NCBI RefSeq assembly: GCF_006345805.1
Contig: NC_042999.1
Span: 125,178,001-125,242,000, forward strand
Direction: 5' to 3'
Source of the DNA: Octopus sinensis
Taxonomy: Eukaryota
DNA length: 64,000 nt
In this document: positions 23,221-36,676 of the stretch, piece by piece
Position numbering within the stretch: the stretch's first letter is position 1
Layout: every line of letters begins with the position of its first letter
Position numbers and translations under genes: made by a program
Notes under the pieces: generated by a model
What the model was told of the DNA's origin: nothing
The model's input: the letters and a program-made list of their open reading frames with translations, nothing else
Databases searched by the model: none

Positions 23221-24247
23221 ATATTTCTTTGTCTCTGATTTACCTTTTCACAGCTTATGAGATGCGATGTAATTACCCTAAAACTTCTATGTATGATTTG
23301 GCATTATATTTACTTTGCAAATAGATATATAAATAATTACAACGATGTAAAGGCTCGCCATGTAATCACTTTGCAATGAAATTCGTAGTCTTAGTTTCTG
23401 CCGCTCTCCAAGGAGCATAAGCTGACTCGTTTCTGTAATTTGAATACTGTAGGGAAGGCTGGAAGCTTTGCACTCCATCCCTTTTTATTTCGCACCGGTC
23501 TCTAGCCGGTTATGCCAGATACTTACCCAAAATTTCGAAGTCAGGAGAGGATCCGTAATCCTAAATAACTGCTCGTTACAGACAGTCTGCCAGAGCCAGC
23601 TGTGCTTAGGACTCATCTTAGACGGGGTCGCTACGCCCTGGAGTTATGACTGAGTTTACTACCCACTACCAAGGCGATGTAAACTGGCAGATTTACAGCG
23701 ATGAATTTACTGGAGGCCGTTGAAACCATCGCATCAGTCAGTCTATGTTTTATTAATTCATCTTTGCACGTTGCCCGTACCATCGAACGAGCTACTACTT
23801 GGTCACATGAACTGCAAGAAATAGCAGCACAAAATCCCTCGAATCCTTAGAAGGTTATATAAGGATAGGTAAGATAATAATGGTTGGAATTAGATCATAG
23901 GTCTGCTTGTTCAGAGTTGATCTAAGAAATGAGCAACAAAAATCTCGTTCCAACAGATCGTAGCTAACGATATTTTTTGTGTATTTTAACCCTAAAGAAT
24001 ATATTAGTCCACACACTTGGTACCAACATATGTTAGAGAACCATGGCATTAATTAAATAGATTTTCACCTGATGTTAAATTCAGGTTTAATAAGTGAAAA
24101 AAAAACTGTAAACTGAGATGAGATTAGTACACGCTTCCTCTACTCAGAAAGCCACCACCCTTATCCGCCAAGCCAGAGAAGAATCTTTGCACTCGACTGC
24201 AATTTCTGTTCTTGTTTCCTTTTGGTGTTGAAAAGAACAGTGAAATT

Positions 24248-24278
<31 letters not shown>

Positions 24279-26098
24279 TCTTAAAAAAAAAAGGATGATC
24301 TGTACCAACATACATCCCCAACGATGAATATGCTAGTGTATGTATCTATGTATGTATGATCGTACACACACACACATACACACACATATATATATGTACG
24401 CATATATGCATATATTAGTTATCATTGGCATGAAGTAACTCGATATGCAACGACCGCAGCTGTTCGGCTCGTGTTGAATAATCTCTCTCTCCTACCGCTA
24501 ACTTATCCACTCCCACACATTTCATATCTGACTATTTTTTTTTAAAGATTATTTTATTACTTGCCAACATTGCTTTTCGTCACATTACTCTTCTTTATCA
24601 ATACCTCTCCAATACTCCTTCTTGATCGTTCATTTTCTCTCCCATCCTTCATATTCAAAGACTTCATATAAAATAATTATTTGATTACAGTTTTAATCTA
24701 GCCTAGTCGAAATAAAAATAAATAGAAAGAAAGAAGTGAGGGAGAAAAATAAAGAAGAAGCTCATCTAAAGTTATCTCATGTATGCTCATACTGACATGT
24801 TTACCCCCGTACCGAGGACACCTGGAAGAACTAATCAGTTTCCACCCTTAAAGATACCCGTTGAGTATTTCCTATACCACAATCGGTATTACAGACTTAT
24901 TCTGTTTAAAACTAGCGAAGAGAGGCGCCGGAAGACACGAATTAAACGTTTCAGAACTTCCCAGTTTTGTGTTACTGCATTCTACGTATTACATTATATC
25001 AACTTAGCTTATGTGTTTGGAGACAGTTACAGTAACGAGTGTTTGGTCTCCTACTGATTAATTCACACCAACCATTTTCACGTCTCTTGTATTTCCTGCT
25101 TGAACTAGTCAATGAGCCATGATACAGATCTATGAATCTTCAAAGACCACGTAAACACAGTCTGTAAACTTCTCCAAGTGTGTTATAGTAACCTTCATTA
25201 TTTTGCTAATTATAGAATTACTTGCAACATCATATTTGAAAGGTCTTTAAAACAAAAAATTAAGAAGATTGTTGTAAATAGAACCAAACTGTTACATCAG
25301 ATAAAACAACAGAAAAGGTAAGTTTTGTCAAATTCTCTGCATCCACCTCCTTCTAATTCGTCAATTTGATATTTTGGAATTGAACAGGTGATTTCAAACT
25401 AAGGCGTTTAAAAAGAAAGAGTATACTATTTCTAGTTTAAAGAAAAATTAACGATAGCTGCATTTTGTGTCTCTTTTTTACATATACTCACTAGATACTC
25501 GATTATTTTACCAAACATGAAAACGTTACTTAAGAATGTTGATTATCATTTGCTCAAGCATACAACCAGAAATTGTTGTTGTTAGTCTTATTCAAGTCCC
25601 TGTGGTGTTCAAAATACTTTTGGCAGCAGTCGCTTTAGAACATAGAAATATTTTCACACTCTACCTACAACAGCTTCCCTTTTCTTCAGGCAATTGATGG
25701 TTAAAAAAAATTTAATGAGGCTGTAAAACATGATGAACGTTATTTACATTAAATAAAGTTAAATAAAGTTGAAGTTAACCGAAGAGCAAACACCAGGACC
25801 ATCAGACTTTTTGTTTTCTTTTCTTTGACAGAGATATTCCGGTTATGTCCACTGTAGTTGATACCAAGAAGGATTCATAACAGTAACCTGCTGCTTTATA
25901 GACGGTGGCTTAATTTTAGCGTGATTAACTTCGGAGCAGTGATATAAATAGGCATTTTGAATCCCTTCCGCGAACGCAGACATAACATACGACCATAGGA
26001 TTTTGCGAGTTAATGAGAGAAACTTTACGTCGTTGCCCTCTTCGTTGTTATTTATGTTTAGCTCTGATCAAAAGACATTCGTACTGTGATCGTCTAAC

Positions 26099-26168
<70 letters not shown>

Positions 26169-26242
26169 TGATTCCAGTTTCAGCTTATGAGCTGTGGCCA
26201 TGCTGGGGCACCGCCATATATATATATATATATATATATATA

Positions 26243-26476
26243 CTGTTGTGTTTGGGGAGAGTAATCTTCTTTTTGTGCCTTATAATTTAACACTCACCGG
26301 TAAAATTTCCACTTTATTTCTTATTTTTATTTTCTTAAAATTTTCGTTGCACCTTGCAACATTTTCGATAGTCTTGAGTATAGGAAAATAAAAATAAGAA
26401 ATAAGTGGGAATTTTACCGGTGAGTGTATTAAATTATAAGGCACAAAATGAAAATGACTCTCCCCAAACACAACAG
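26243..26476. mobile_element. Fold-back (almost fully palindromic) MITE
   Basis: Arms of about 100 bp (CTGTTGTGTTTGGGGAGAGT...GTGCCTTATAATTTAA..CACTCACCGGTAAAATT..CAC..ATTTCTTATTTTTATTTTC) and their reverse complement around a spacer of about 35 bp. TA on the left flank, AA on the right. Confidence 0.8.
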
Positions 26477-26557
26477 AATATGCTTCAACACACGAACTCA
26501 CATAAAGAATCTTGCAAACCAAATCCCAAAACGAAATATATATACATACATACATAT

Positions 26558-26603
<46 letters not shown>

Positions 26604-28121
26604 TACGTTGTACAATGTGCTCTCCCTCATTTCTTTTTTTTTTTTTAGATGGTATACTAAAATATTATTTTTACGATTTTGGTTGCTATTTCTAGCAGAT
26701 CGCGCGTTTACAAAGATCTTTTCACATTAAAGCCACCCGACCTGCTAGAAATAACATCTAAACCTTCCTCAAACCGTAGCCTACCGTATTAAAAAGAAAA
26801 ATATATTGGCCAATATAGTTTTAGATGCACCGAGCCAGGATGGAAACTGCTAGAGTGCTTTTGATCACAGGTCTGTTGGATCAGGGATTTGATATGGGTT
26901 CAAAACAATATCAGCATAACTTATATTTTTGCGATTTTGTTTGTATTTTCAAGAAACATGTCGGTATTGTACGTTCAGTGTTTTTAGATGATGATGAAGA
27001 TTGACTATATCTTTCTTTTAACTCGAGATTATATTTTTAGATCTGGAAATTTAATCGCTGGCATTAATTCCTTGAAAAGGGATTCTTCATGTTACAAAAC
27101 GAGATCCTTGGCAATGTCTTAAAATTATCGATATCTTGTTACTAATGCTATTCTCAGTCTCTTTCATTCACAAGGATCTCACCGCTTTCTCTTTCTTTCT
27201 TTCTCTGTATGTCTGCCTCTCTCTCTCTCTCCCTCACCTATTCTGATATAAGTGTTCCACTCCCTACACACTCTTCAACATCCCCCAGGATTTAGTTTCC
27301 GGTTTTATCTCATGTTATGCTAAGAAAACCTTGTTATATTTACACATTAACTGATTCCCTGTTATTCCTCTGCATTTCAACGGCTGTTATTTTTATAAAA
27401 GTCTGTCTTATCTACCCAAATACCTGGTTCTTTCAAATAACTATGACAACGATTTCTATATAATTAAATTATTCTCATACACTTCAACATTTTGGATAGT
27501 ATAGTCTCAGATACACTACACCTGGAAAAAGAAATATGGGATGTTGACGTCTAAAGTGCTTTTGACGAAAAGTCTGCTCGACTGAAGCCAAACAACATCA
27601 ATAACAACAATTTCCAGAACCAATGAAGACGCCTCCACACATTCAGTTATTTGACTTGTTTTATGTAGCGGCCTAATTTTCACGAATTACCTCCGTGCAG
27701 TTAATTCAATCTCTCTCTCTCTCTCTCTCTCTCTCTAACACACACATTTCACCCGAAGACATATGTTGTACATTACTTTTACATTTAAGACTAGTATGTT
27801 AATTACGTAATTATATAAATGATGGTGGTTTTATTTTATCGAAACAGCTGTAGAGTACATTTGAATTATGAATTTCTATTGGAAATTTATGCTTCTCTGT
27901 TTTTTTTATTTTAAATACGTTGCTCACAACAATCGTATATACATATAGTCACTCTTAGTTAAGACTAAGCATGTTGTGTTTTATACTTCTGGGGTTGATA
28001 AAATAATGTATTTGTCTAACACTGAATTGCATCGATTCTCCCAAATTCCAGACTTTGTACTTGCCAAACCTTGGTGGTTAATAGAATAAATTATATTATT
28101 ATTATTATTATTACTACTACT

Positions 28122-28775
28122 GGCGGTGAGCCGACAGAATCGTTGGCACGCTGGACGAAATGCTTAGCGGTATTTCACCCGTCGCTACGTTCTGATTTCG
28201 AATTTCGCCGAGGTCTGCTTTGCCTCTCATCCTTTCGGGGTTGATAAATTAAGTACCAATTACATACTTGATATAATCGACAAGTCCTCTCCTCCATAAT
28301 TTCAGGCCTTGTACCTTTAGTAGAAAGGATTGTTATTATTATTATTATTATTATTATTAGTAGTAGTAGTAGTAGTAGAGTGGGGATCTGGAAGAATCGT
28401 TAGCACGCCGGGCAAAATGCTCAACAGCATTTCGTCCGTATTTACGTTCGAAGTTCAAATTCTGCCGAGGTCGAAGGTCGATAAAGTACGTACCAGGTGA
28501 GCACTGGAGTTGATGTGATCGACTTAACACCCCACTCGAAATTGTACCTGTAGTGGAAAGGTTATTATTATTATTAAGATGGCGAACAAACCGAATCGTC
28601 AACACGTCGGACAAAATACTAAGTGACGTTTCTTCCGGCTCTTTATATTCTGAGTTCAAATTCCGCAGAGTTCAACTTTACCTTTCATATTTTCGTGATC
28701 GATAAAATAAGTACCAGTTGGCTTGCCCCTCTCCTCAAAATCCCTAGCTCTGTGCCAAAATTAGAAAGAATTATT
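28122..28775 (+). mobile_element. Three head-to-tail family-A SINEs separated by (ATT)n/(AGT)n tails
   Basis: Heads at about 28122, 28380 and 28580, each with GAAT(C)GT(T/C)(G/A)(G/A)CACG...GTTC(A/G)AATT...GATAAA. Confidence 0.85.
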
Positions 28776-28860
28776 GTTGTTGTTTTTGTTAATGATGGCG
28801 GTGGTGGTGGTCGTCGTCGTTGTTTGCTTGGTGTTGGTGATGATGGAGGATATTAATTAG

Positions 28861-29235
28861 CAGGCGTAGGAGTGGCTGTGTGGTAAGTAGCTTGCTTACG
28901 AACCACATGGTTCTGGGTTCAGTCCCACTGCGTGGCACCTTGGGCAAGTGTCTTCTACTATAGCCTCGGGCCGACCAAAGCCGTGTGAGTGGATTTGGTA
29001 GACGGAAACTGAAAAGAAGCTCATCGTGTATATGCATGTGTGTGTGTGATTGTTCCCCAACATCGCTTGAAACCGATGCTGGTGTTGTTTACGTCCCCGT
29101 AACTCAGCGGTTCGGCAAAAGAGACCGATAGAATAAGTACTAGGCTTAGAAAGAATAAGTCCTGGGGTCGATTTGCTCGACTAAAGGCGGTGCACCAGCA
29201 TGGCCACAGTCAAATGACTGAAACAAGTAAAAGAG
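28861..29235 (+). mobile_element. Near full-length family-B CORE-like SINE
   Basis: GGCGTAGGAGTGGCTGTGTGGTAAG (A box)...GGGTTCAGTCCC (B box)...GTGGCACCTTGGGCAAGTGTCTT (resembles the CORE of MIR-type SINEs)...GACTGAAACAAGTAAAAGAG. Confidence 0.9.
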
Positions 29236-29736
29236 AGTATTTCTGGTGGGCCTTAAAACAATTGTGAAAGTTATGTCTTCCTCAACCGCGCAGCAAAAAA
29301 ACCCTCCCACGCATGTTCAGTACAGTACACCACCACCACCACCATCACTCTCCGATACCACCTCTAACCTCCAACAGCATTATGTCACATTTCTAATAAC
29401 ACACATACAGTGTTAACATCACACGGCTTCAGAACCATGTACGTTTTGCTTCCTCACATGAATGTTATCATCTCAAAACTGAAACGTTCGTTAATGAAAC
29501 ATTATCAGTCAAGAAGAAAGATGTTGATGTATATATAGACCTTAACATACTAACGAGAATTACATTCGCGTGTAAGTATACACACACGCACGCGCTTTTG
29601 ATTACAAATGCAAAGAGAAAAGTACTTAACACAAAGAGTTTGTATATTTATAAGAATCTAAGATAACACACTGTTGCTGCTTTTATACAGTTTTTGCAGT
29701 GAATAGCGAACGCGAAACTCAGAAACGCAAAAATCA

Positions 29737-29797
29737 TAGGTGTGGTTCTGTGGTAAGAAGCTTCTTTCTCTGTCACATGTTTCCGGGTTCAGTCCCA

Positions 29798-29839
<42 letters not shown>

Positions 29840-30548
29840 ATATATGTATGTATATGTATGTGTGTGTATATATATGTATATATGTGTGTGTGGTATATAT
29901 ATATATGTATATATATGTATATATGTGTGCGTGTGTGTATATATATATGTATGTATAATATATATGTATATATATGTATATATGTGTGTGTGTGTGTATA
30001 TATATATATATGTATATATATGTATATATTGTGTGTGTGTGTGTATAATATATGTATGTATATATATATATATGTATATATGTATGTATATATATTATAT
30101 ATGTATATATGTATGTATATATGTATGTATATGTATGTATATATGTATGTATTATATATGTATGTATGTATATATATATGTATGTGTATATATATATATA
30201 TATATATATGTATATGTATGTATGTATGTGTATATATATATATATATGTATATGTATGTATGTATGTGTATGTATATATATATATATGTATATGTATGTA
30301 TGTATGTATATATATATATGTATATATATGTGTATGTATATGTTTGTGTGTCTGTGTTTGTCCCCCCAGCATCGCTTGACAACCGATGCTGGTGTGTTTA
30401 CGCCCGCGTAACTTAACGGTTCGGCAAAAGAGACCGATAGAATAAGTACTAGGCTTACCCAGAATAAGTCCCGAGGTCGATTTTCTCGACTTAAGGCGGT
30501 ACTCCAGCATGGCCACAGTCACATGACTGAAACAAGTAAAAGAGAGTA
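29737..30548 (+). mobile_element. Family-B SINE with a hyper-expanded internal (TA/TG) tract of about 560 bp
   Basis: Head at 29737-29790, microsatellite at about 29790-30350, 3' half at 30350-30548. Confidence 0.85.
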
Positions 30549-30619
30549 AAGAGTATATGTATATATACATATGTATGTATGTATGTATATGTATGTATGT
30601 GTATGTATGTATATGTATG

Positions 30620-30661
<42 letters not shown>

Positions 30662-31698
30662 ATAAAATTTTAAAATAGGATAAAATCTTTATAAGAATTT
30701 ATCAAGTAGTCAGCGTGAAAAACCTCATAAGGGAAATTTTTTAAATTATTCCCTTTAAATATATTAAGGCATTACTATACATAAATGCCTCACGCTATGA
30801 GGGATTCTTACAGCCAAAACTACCATAATAAATACAGTGTACCGAACGAGAGGGAATGCAACTCTCGAAGCGAGCTCCTTAAAAACAGATTCACCCGCAG
30901 ATCATAAGGTTTCATAATTAGTGCACAAAAAGTAGGCCTAATTTTTAAAGTGTTCATTGCATTGCTCGTGTGTGTATCTTCCTTCTGTCCACCTTACCGA
31001 CCTATAAAATGGTGGATGGGTGGGAGAACACAGTGATTAGAATTTACAAGAGGACAGAATAATCATGGCTGGAATGATTCTGATTACTGAAGACTGACCT
31101 GGGGACTTAACAACAACAAAATCAAGGACGACGATGATGAGCAAAAGTCTTGTGGATGAACCTGTAACGAATTTTTGGAAAGGAGAGATGGTCACTACCG
31201 AGTAAAATATCGCTCCCAAGATGCATTCGAACCGTAGTTGTAAACATCGATTCTGTCGTACTGAGTCAGTGATATTTAGAATGAAAATGAGAAATTCATA
31301 AAGAGTATGAAGTGACTGGAGTGTACAGTGTTATTAAATCGTGAGATACATTGCGATTGGGACCTCTAATTTATGAAGCACCAGGTGATGATGGTTATGC
31401 CAATGACGCTGCTTATGATGATGATGATGACAGAGTTGATGATGGACTTCAGGAATGCCTGAGAGGAGCGTGTTTCAACTCCAAACATTGGACAATTCCA
31501 TGTTAGATACCAAACATTTTTTATGATCATAATAAATGCTTTTATCAGAGCGATTAATGAAACCGAAACCATGAAATTTCAAAACAAGAGAACCATTACA
31601 GATTTCTAGCTTCTGCCTCAAAAATTCTGAGACTAACATGAAGTTATTCGGTTTGTTCCAGTGGGTATTTACCACAGCTGTGTGTGTGTGTGTGTGTA

Positions 31699-31919
31699 TG
31701 AGGGCGTGCTGAAAAGTCCCTGGCTTTAAGGATGTCGGGAAAGGCCTTGTTGGAGGCCCAACCTTCCGAGTTCTTTTACAGAGCTTAGAAAATCTGAAGG
31801 ACCGCTGCAATAGGTTTGTGAATCTGAGAGGGGAATATGTTGAATAAAATCATAAATTAACCGATCCTCCTGCATTTTCTGTTATCCAAAACCAGGAAGT
31901 TTTCAGCCCCCCACCCCCG
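31699..31919. mobile_element. Tc1/mariner MITE, second copy of the 20039 family in opposite orientation
   Basis: TA|TGAGGGCGTGCTGAAAAGTCCCTGGCTTT...AAAACCAGGAAGTTTTCAGCCCCCCACCCCCG|TA; the body is the reverse complement of 20039-20256. Confidence 0.85.
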
Positions 31920-33399
31920 TATAGTGGCGTTTAGAGGCAGAGATGATTTTAATAAATCAAGAATTTAAAGCTTAAAGAAGTATTACGAATTACTGAAAGA
32001 AGCCAGAAATAGAAATATCAGACATTTTAAACTGGTATTACAGTAGAGTGTGTGTGTGTGTTTGTGTATGCATATATGCATATACTTATTTATGATAAAC
32101 ACACAAATGTACACGAGTACGTACACACAGACATATACATATGTACATATGTATTTGTGTACGTATGTGAATGTACATGTGTGTGTATCATCATCATAGG
32201 TAATTTGATTCCAGTGAATTTATCTAGGTTTCATAAAATGGCTTTAAAAATCTTTATCCGTCCTAACAGACTATTTAAAAGGACGTGAAAATTGGAGCGC
32301 AGCGGAATCTAGGCTTCTTTGCCGTAGACCTGTTTCCTACTGTTGCGCACGCGCGTACACACACACACACACACACAGAGTAATATAAATAAATTCCGAA
32401 TAAGAGTAGTTCATGAGTAGAAGTCTGGTCCTTGCGCAAGTGAGGTGAATTTGAAGGAAGTTTTTTTAAAACAACACAAACAGACGAATAACGGAAATAT
32501 AAAGTTGATATGTTATTTTTGGTCGAGAATGAAGAAACATATTCTTGAAAGTTGTACGTTTGGGATTATTTAACCTTCCTCAGAAAGGAAAAAAAGAAAA
32601 GGAAAAATAAAAAATGTGGACACGTGCATCTTAGTTAATGTTATATGTTAATTAAAGATGCAGAATTAAAGAGACCATTGTGGTTTTTATGACTAAGAAG
32701 ACGATACTCAACACAAGTGAGACGAGAGTGACTGTATACATGACGCGGTACGTGTGTGAGTTGCAATATGTTGTATGCATTTAGTGACTTGTAGCCGGTG
32801 TGTGTGTGTGTTTCAACATGTATATAACTACAGAAAATTCAGTCGATAATATAATTCACAACGTTGAGTTATACAGAGCTAGATGATTTGATATTCGCGT
32901 TGAATGACAGGAGAAAGAAGAGCCGTTGTAAAGGAAGAGACTGAAAACAGAGAGGTGATAAGAGTTATGGCCCGCTGAGGGCAGTGTGTCTGTGTGTGTG
33001 TGACCATAGCGTCATTCACACGCGAGTACGATATGGTAGTATGTGCCATTCTCTCACTAAATGTTTGGGGTAAATAGGTATTCAGGCATGGATCCTCTTG
33101 CAGCGGTTCCACACTTGTCTGAAGCAGAACATTCAAGATATGACAGGTGGGAAGGAAGAGAGGGTTACGTCAGCTCATGGATGGTATTAATTTCAATCGA
33201 GTAGACTAGATCAACGTGAAATGAAGTGTCTTACTCAAGGATACAACGCTTCACCCAGTTCATGAATCAAACCTGCATTGAGGTTACGAGAAAAAAATAA
33301 AAAGTGAAATCATACTTGACAAGGATCAAAATAGTAACTTTTACTGAATTGTGTACATTGATTGTTAAATATGCATTTTTAATAAATCAAGAATATATT

Positions 33400-33720
33400 T
33401 TGTATAGTATTTGATATACCTTTATTTTCTTTATGGGTAAGATTGATACGATCGCTGTTCAGTGTGACCATTTGTAAGTCGACGTTTGAAGGGAAAATGT
33501 GAATGAGGAAAGAAATACCAGAGGGATTACGTTCTGAAGAAGGATTGGATGTAGTAGTAAAATTAGGGCGTGTGAGATGAGACATAGAATGGATAAGAGG
33601 AGGAGAAACGGATGTACTGAGTGAGTTTCGACAGTGGGTGGAGGTTCTGGTGGTATGCAATTAACTAGAAGAGACCATTGTAATAGCAGAGAAGAATAAG
33701 GAAGAGACGCATCCTTTGGT
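33400..33720 (-). mobile_element. CR1-group LINE 3' fragment
   Basis: Frameshifted HPFYVSSH..YYIQSFF.RT..LW...HIFPSNVDLQM; homologous to 44500-44795. Confidence 0.6.
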
Positions 33721-35439
33721 TAAAAAGTTTAAAGGTGTCTGGTCTGTGGATCTTTGCCAATCAACAGGATGTCTTCTTTTTGAACTGTGTGTGATTTGAG
33801 GGACGTTTGGTCGTTATTACTTGCATGTCAAGCGTTGGCTCTTTATCTATCCGTTGTCTCGTGAGGAAATCTTTTGCCAGCAACTGTTGTTGTGCTCTTT
33901 GTTAACCCATCAAACATTGTTATGGCGTAAACATTCATTACTTTGTTTCTGCAGCCGTGTCTATGACTCAGGTTAGACGGTTTTGTGTGTAAGTGTTCAC
34001 TATCTGTTTCTAGGTGAAATATCTAGATTAATGGAAGGACGGATGTATCACCTATAATATATACATAATAAAAGACACAGTTTTTTTTTTTAAGTTTTAT
34101 CATCTACAAACATTTTCAGTGGCATAAATGTCATATCTTAATGATGTATTTCATATTTTAGAAAAAAATCCATCTGAATCTCCTTCAGCTATCTCGTTTC
34201 CTATTTCAAGCGCGCGCGCGTGTATTTATGTATGTAATGTGTGTGTGTGGATACGTATATGTTTTACACACACACGTATATGTGAGTAATTCCTTTTCGA
34301 ACCTTACCTTTTTTTTCGCATACCTTTTCTTGCTTTTTCTTTCTTTGTCTTTGCCATTCCACACCACCCCGTCTCTCAAAATACAGTTTATTTCTTTTCC
34401 ACTCCCGTCATGACGACAGAATTGAGGAAAAGTCAACATGACAGTATTACAGTGATTACGAGAAAGAAAGAGAGAGAGAGAGAATGTAAGCTATGGAATA
34501 TGCTAGAATACTGGTAGAAGACGTGTTAATGTCATTACTGCTTTTCATTTATATATTTTTTTAACCAAAAACAACTCGAATTATAAGCCCCATCCCTCAG
34601 AATCGTCCTTTCTCGTACAAGAAACCCCATCATCAACAGCCACCTGCGATGGTTCTTTTTCTAAACTTTTCTAAAAATGGGATAAACGGGAAAATTGCAC
34701 AATGCTTGGTTTAAATTTTTTTAATATTTATTGTCACTTTGCTATACTTTCTCTTCAATCTAGAAGATTCTTTCTCGTCAACAACTAATATCAAGTACAA
34801 CGCAAGAAAATACAAATGTATACTTGGCAATTCATCACACCGCACAACAAAATACTACGATATAAAAATGCACTCATACATACACAATCATATATTATTT
34901 GTCTTCCATATAAACTCTTGATGAAATCTTTTGCATACTATTTTTACTAATAGCAACAACGTGGGCTGCAGTCTTTATGCGTTTCAAACCCGAAACCAGG
35001 GCGCTGAATACCAACTAAATTTTCATTCCACGAAACTTGTAACATTTTTTTTTCTTTTATGCATTGCTTTCCATCAAAAACATGTGTCCATGTTATTTTA
35101 TATATTAATTGTTAAGTTGTTATTGCTTTCAAACTAGACATATGCTTTCTTATATACTGATAAAGAGAAGGAAGAAAATTAAGAAAGACATTGAGACATA
35201 TGTAGATGTTTGCCTATTCTACGTATTATTCTAAAACTTGATATTATGTTAGCAAATGTGAATGGTTTGAACATTGTTTAAAGTTGAACAGGTTTCTTGA
35301 ACTGAGCTTCTCTATCGAATGAAAGAAAATACAGAATTAGCAAGTGTGCACATACACACAGAGGTAACTAACATCGCAAATGGATATTGAAGAAACGCTT
35401 GCTTTGTCGAATTATTATTATTGTTTGACAAAATGAAGG

Positions 35440-36120
35440 GCGGTAAGCTGGCAAAATCGTCAGTATACCAGATAAAATGCTTAGCGGTATTTCTTCCGGT
35501 TTTACGTTCTGGGTTCAAATACCGCTACGGTTGACTTCATTTTTCGTCCTTTCGAGGTCGATAAAGTGAGTATTAGTTGAGCAATGGGATCGATGTAATT
35601 GAGTAGATACCTCACCTAAAATTTCGAGCCCTGTGACTAAAGTGGAAAAAAATCATATTACACTGTTACCAATACAGCATATGAGATATTTTAAAACATG
35701 AAAACAGTTGTAATTCAGGTCGAAAATGGTTAATTAATAAATAAATATAAATTGCAATTCCCATTAGAAAATAAAAATGTACAATTTGTAACACACAAAG
35801 TAATCATAATTGCTTGCTTTTTGGAACAGTAGAATCCAAGATAACTAACGGTGTTCTGCGTCGACAAAAAATAAATAATCTCGATATTGTAGGTGCAGGC
35901 ATGGCTGGGCGGGAAGCTTGCTTCCTAACTACATCGTTCCGGTTTCAGTTCCACTGCTTGCCACCTTGGACAAATGTCTTCTACAGCAAAAGAGACCGAT
36001 AGAATAAGTACCAGGCTCTTAAAAAGAAAAATAAGCCCTGGGGTCGATTCATTTGACTAAAAATTCTTCAAGGCGGTGCCTCAGCATGACCGCAGTCTAA
36101 TGACTGAAACGAGTAAAATG
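35440..36120 (+). mobile_element. Family-A SINE (35440-35640) and internally deleted family-B SINE (35895-36120)
   Basis: GGCGGTAAGCTGGCAAAATCG...; GGTTTCAGTTCCACTGC..CACCTTGGACAAATGTCTTCTAC joined directly to AGCAAAAGAGACCGATAG. Confidence 0.8.
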
Positions 36121-36629
36121 ATTAAAAAAATGATATTAAGTCTGAAAGGTCTAATGACTGCACCAGTATTTTCTTTACTTTCAAGGGTTCACAAAAGTGG
36201 GTTTGAAACTGTTTCTATATTCTTCAACATTACCTGCACGTTGTCATCGTTTCCTTTCCTGTTTTTATTCTCTGCTGTGTTTTCTTGGCAGATAAACTCA
36301 GAATAAAAATTTCAGTTGTGGTTCGTTTTTAAGTAAAAATGGAAAGATGTAGTCTGTCATAGCTACTTAAAGCTTCACGAATGACATTGCTTCTCATGCA
36401 AATAATCTCAGATGCATAGAAGATAATATTTATAGCAAGCAGAATTTGCGTGGGCAAAAATTAGAATGTAAAAGAAAAAAGAATAAAAGGAAAAAATAAT
36501 AGATCTAGATTTTTTAAATGTGTGTACCTAGGTAAGAAAATAAATAAAAGTAGAGTAAAATGTAGATATTTATTTGTACATATATACACCCGCCGCGTGC
36601 TGAAAGATATTAATTCTTTTGACATCTTC

Positions 36630-36676
<47 letters not shown>

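Noticed and set aside
28122-28775. Repeat-spacer-like periodicity suggesting CRISPR
   Set aside because: Eukaryotic context; the units are divergent SINEs of about 200 bp, not short conserved repeats with unique spacers.
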